Below are positions 62,201 through 64,000 of a stretch of DNA of 64,000 nucleotides, in pieces. The DNA is from Takakia lepidozioides (Eukaryota; Plantae; Bryophyta). Under the pieces are notes generated by a model. That model saw nothing but the letters and a program-made list of their open reading frames with translations, searched no databases and was not told the origin of the DNA. Where the stretch lies: positions 78,802,001-78,866,000 of the forward strand of contig CM060731.1 in the NCBI GenBank assembly GCA_030704615.1, given 5' to 3'. Both the position numbers and the translations under genes were made by a program. The number at the start of each line of letters is the position of its first letter. Positions within the stretch are counted from its first letter, which is position 1.

Positions 62201-63742
62201 ATTGCAAAAAGTGTGACCATCAAAGTAGTTCAAATTGTAATATTTCTTGAGAGTGGAACTGCAAATGTGATACTAGTGTAACCACCATCACTAATCTCAA
62301 CATACCAACAGACTTTCATGATTCCTCTGCCACTAGTGACAGTCAAGAAGGCAATGATTATAAAGAATGGTCGATATCATGACTTCTTTGTAGCTCAATA
62401 TGTAGATGCCTCAAACACAAGAATGTATGGATCGAGCAAGGTGAGATATATCATCCAGAGGAGAAAAACTAACATGCCGAGCATACCTCCAAGATGCCAG
62501 GTACGTGATCCGACCAATTTGAATGGGCAAAGCAACATGGGTGCTGATGATTGCTACCATCAAATGTTTTTTCTACTCAACACCCTTGTCAACATGTATG
62601 TTAAGTGTGGGAGCATCATGGATGTTCGCCAAGATTGTATATTAATGATACATGTATACAACGTCTACAACTCTGACAACCTATGCTATCTGAGGTTATA
62701 TATAAGGTCTTATTGGTTATATGATATACTTATAAATGACCTACATAATATTGGGGGATACATGTACATTGTAAAAACCCTAATTGTCAACGTTTTTCAT
62801 CCAGCACATGTGCATCATACAACGCACCGACATCATGATGATCACCTGAGATCATCAATGGACCATCCATCCATCCATCATCCATCAACCGACATCATCA
62901 ATCATCCATTGACATCATCAATCATCCATCGACATCATCCACCGCACAAACATCATCTTGCGCACATTTAACATCCAAAACACCTTTATCATCGTGTGCC
63001 ATTTGTTTTTTATACTGCATTTTTTTGGAGAAGAGACCTGGCCAACTGCAAAGATGCCTTCATTCAGTGGTGGGTCCTCCATCATCGTGTGTCATTTGTT
63101 TACTGCATTATTTTATGAGCACGGACCCGAACAACAGAGATGCCTTCAATTAGTGGCGAGATGCCATGAATCAGCGTTGGGTCCTTGATCTGGTGGTCTT
63201 TTCTGAAGCCGTTGGGGAGAAGCTACTTATATCAGCCGACCATGTGCACTACGCTTCTACAAAGGCATCGAGGAAGGGAGTTTCACGGATTGGGGCATCC
63301 CGAGTGGTGCTGGTAGAAGTTCCCTGGAATGGAGCAGTTTGTCGGCAGGCAACCATCGGAGTTTTGTGAATCGGATAGTACAAAAAGGTTGTACTTTGCA
63401 AGACTGGTGGCCGCGCACACTACTATCATTTTGATGAATTGTGCATTTTTGGTCTCTTTCTGTACACACAGGCTTTAGAGCAAAATGCATGATTCATCAA
63501 CAGAAGCAGTGAGTTTTGAAACTGCTGTTTGACCACGCTACTGTTGGTGAGGGCTATACCTGTATGCTCCGGGATGTGAAGGAGAAATATAGGGACAGGT
63601 TCTTCAAACCTAGCCATCTTCCGGATTCTTGGACTAACAGCTGTTGTTTTTTCCTCGAATTCAAGGTAGGTTCTTCACCTATCATGAAGCTCCAGATCAA
63701 CCCTTCAACCTGCACAACACCTTAACAATAAACCGTAATATC

Positions 63743-63850
63743 TTAGGCACGGGGCACCAACAAGGTTGGTGGCACCACTAAGGGAGGCGTCGCCAGGTTT
63801 AGTTCAGATTGGCACAACCTAATTTCTGATAAATACACACAGATATATAT
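63743..63850. repeat. Second direct copy of the minisatellite end and downstream block at 56485-56630
   Basis: 'aggcacggggc(a/g)ccaacaaggttggtggc(a/g)ccactaagggagg...ttagttcagattggcacaacctaatttctgataaatac' is shared. Confidence 0.9.
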
Positions 63851-64000
63851 ATCTTTGAAAGCTTTTCCTTACATTTGATGTGGCTATTTTGTTCTATCTT
63901 TCTTAAGGTGAGTTCATAGTTTCCTAGGCTCTCACTCACTAGAAAGGTGTTCCAACACATATGCAATAATCAAATGAAGGACTTACCAGGATACCTACTG

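Noticed and set aside
62780-62975. His-rich C-terminus of ORF 62318-62971
   Set aside because: Derived from low-complexity (CAT)n-like sequence. The ORF is a mosaic, not a coherent protein.

Overview
Eukaryotic, intron-rich, transposon-dense nuclear DNA from a land plant. The highly reiterated PLS-PPR triplets and the RTE/RTEX-, piggyBac- and RLE-type elements suggest a non-seed lineage (inference). Host genes: an intronless calmodulin-like gene (+, 9159-9929), a 20-exon LRR-VIII-1 receptor kinase (-, 12760-25864), a truncated chimeric F-box gene and an intact one (+, 38031 and 40069), a 14-exon Rubisco-LSMT-like SET-domain gene (+, 42380-50365) and a PLS-DYW PPR editing factor (+, 53181-55424). 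Degenerate L1, piggyBac, MULE and several LINE relics lie between and within them. The most unusual object is a Ty3/Gypsy chromovirus (29410-34369). It has a normal PBS, gag-PR-RT-RH, chromodomain and PPT, but its ~550-bp terminal repeats are INVERTED rather than direct. It also has inward-facing TATA boxes, a flipped hairpin loop, no integrase core and no 5-bp TSD. Also notable: a tandem duplication breaking inside both the RLK and the F-box gene, an in-frame exon looped between inverted LINE copies, and a restriction-like-endonuclease LINE fragment. All coordinates were read by eye, and TE boundaries are approximate.
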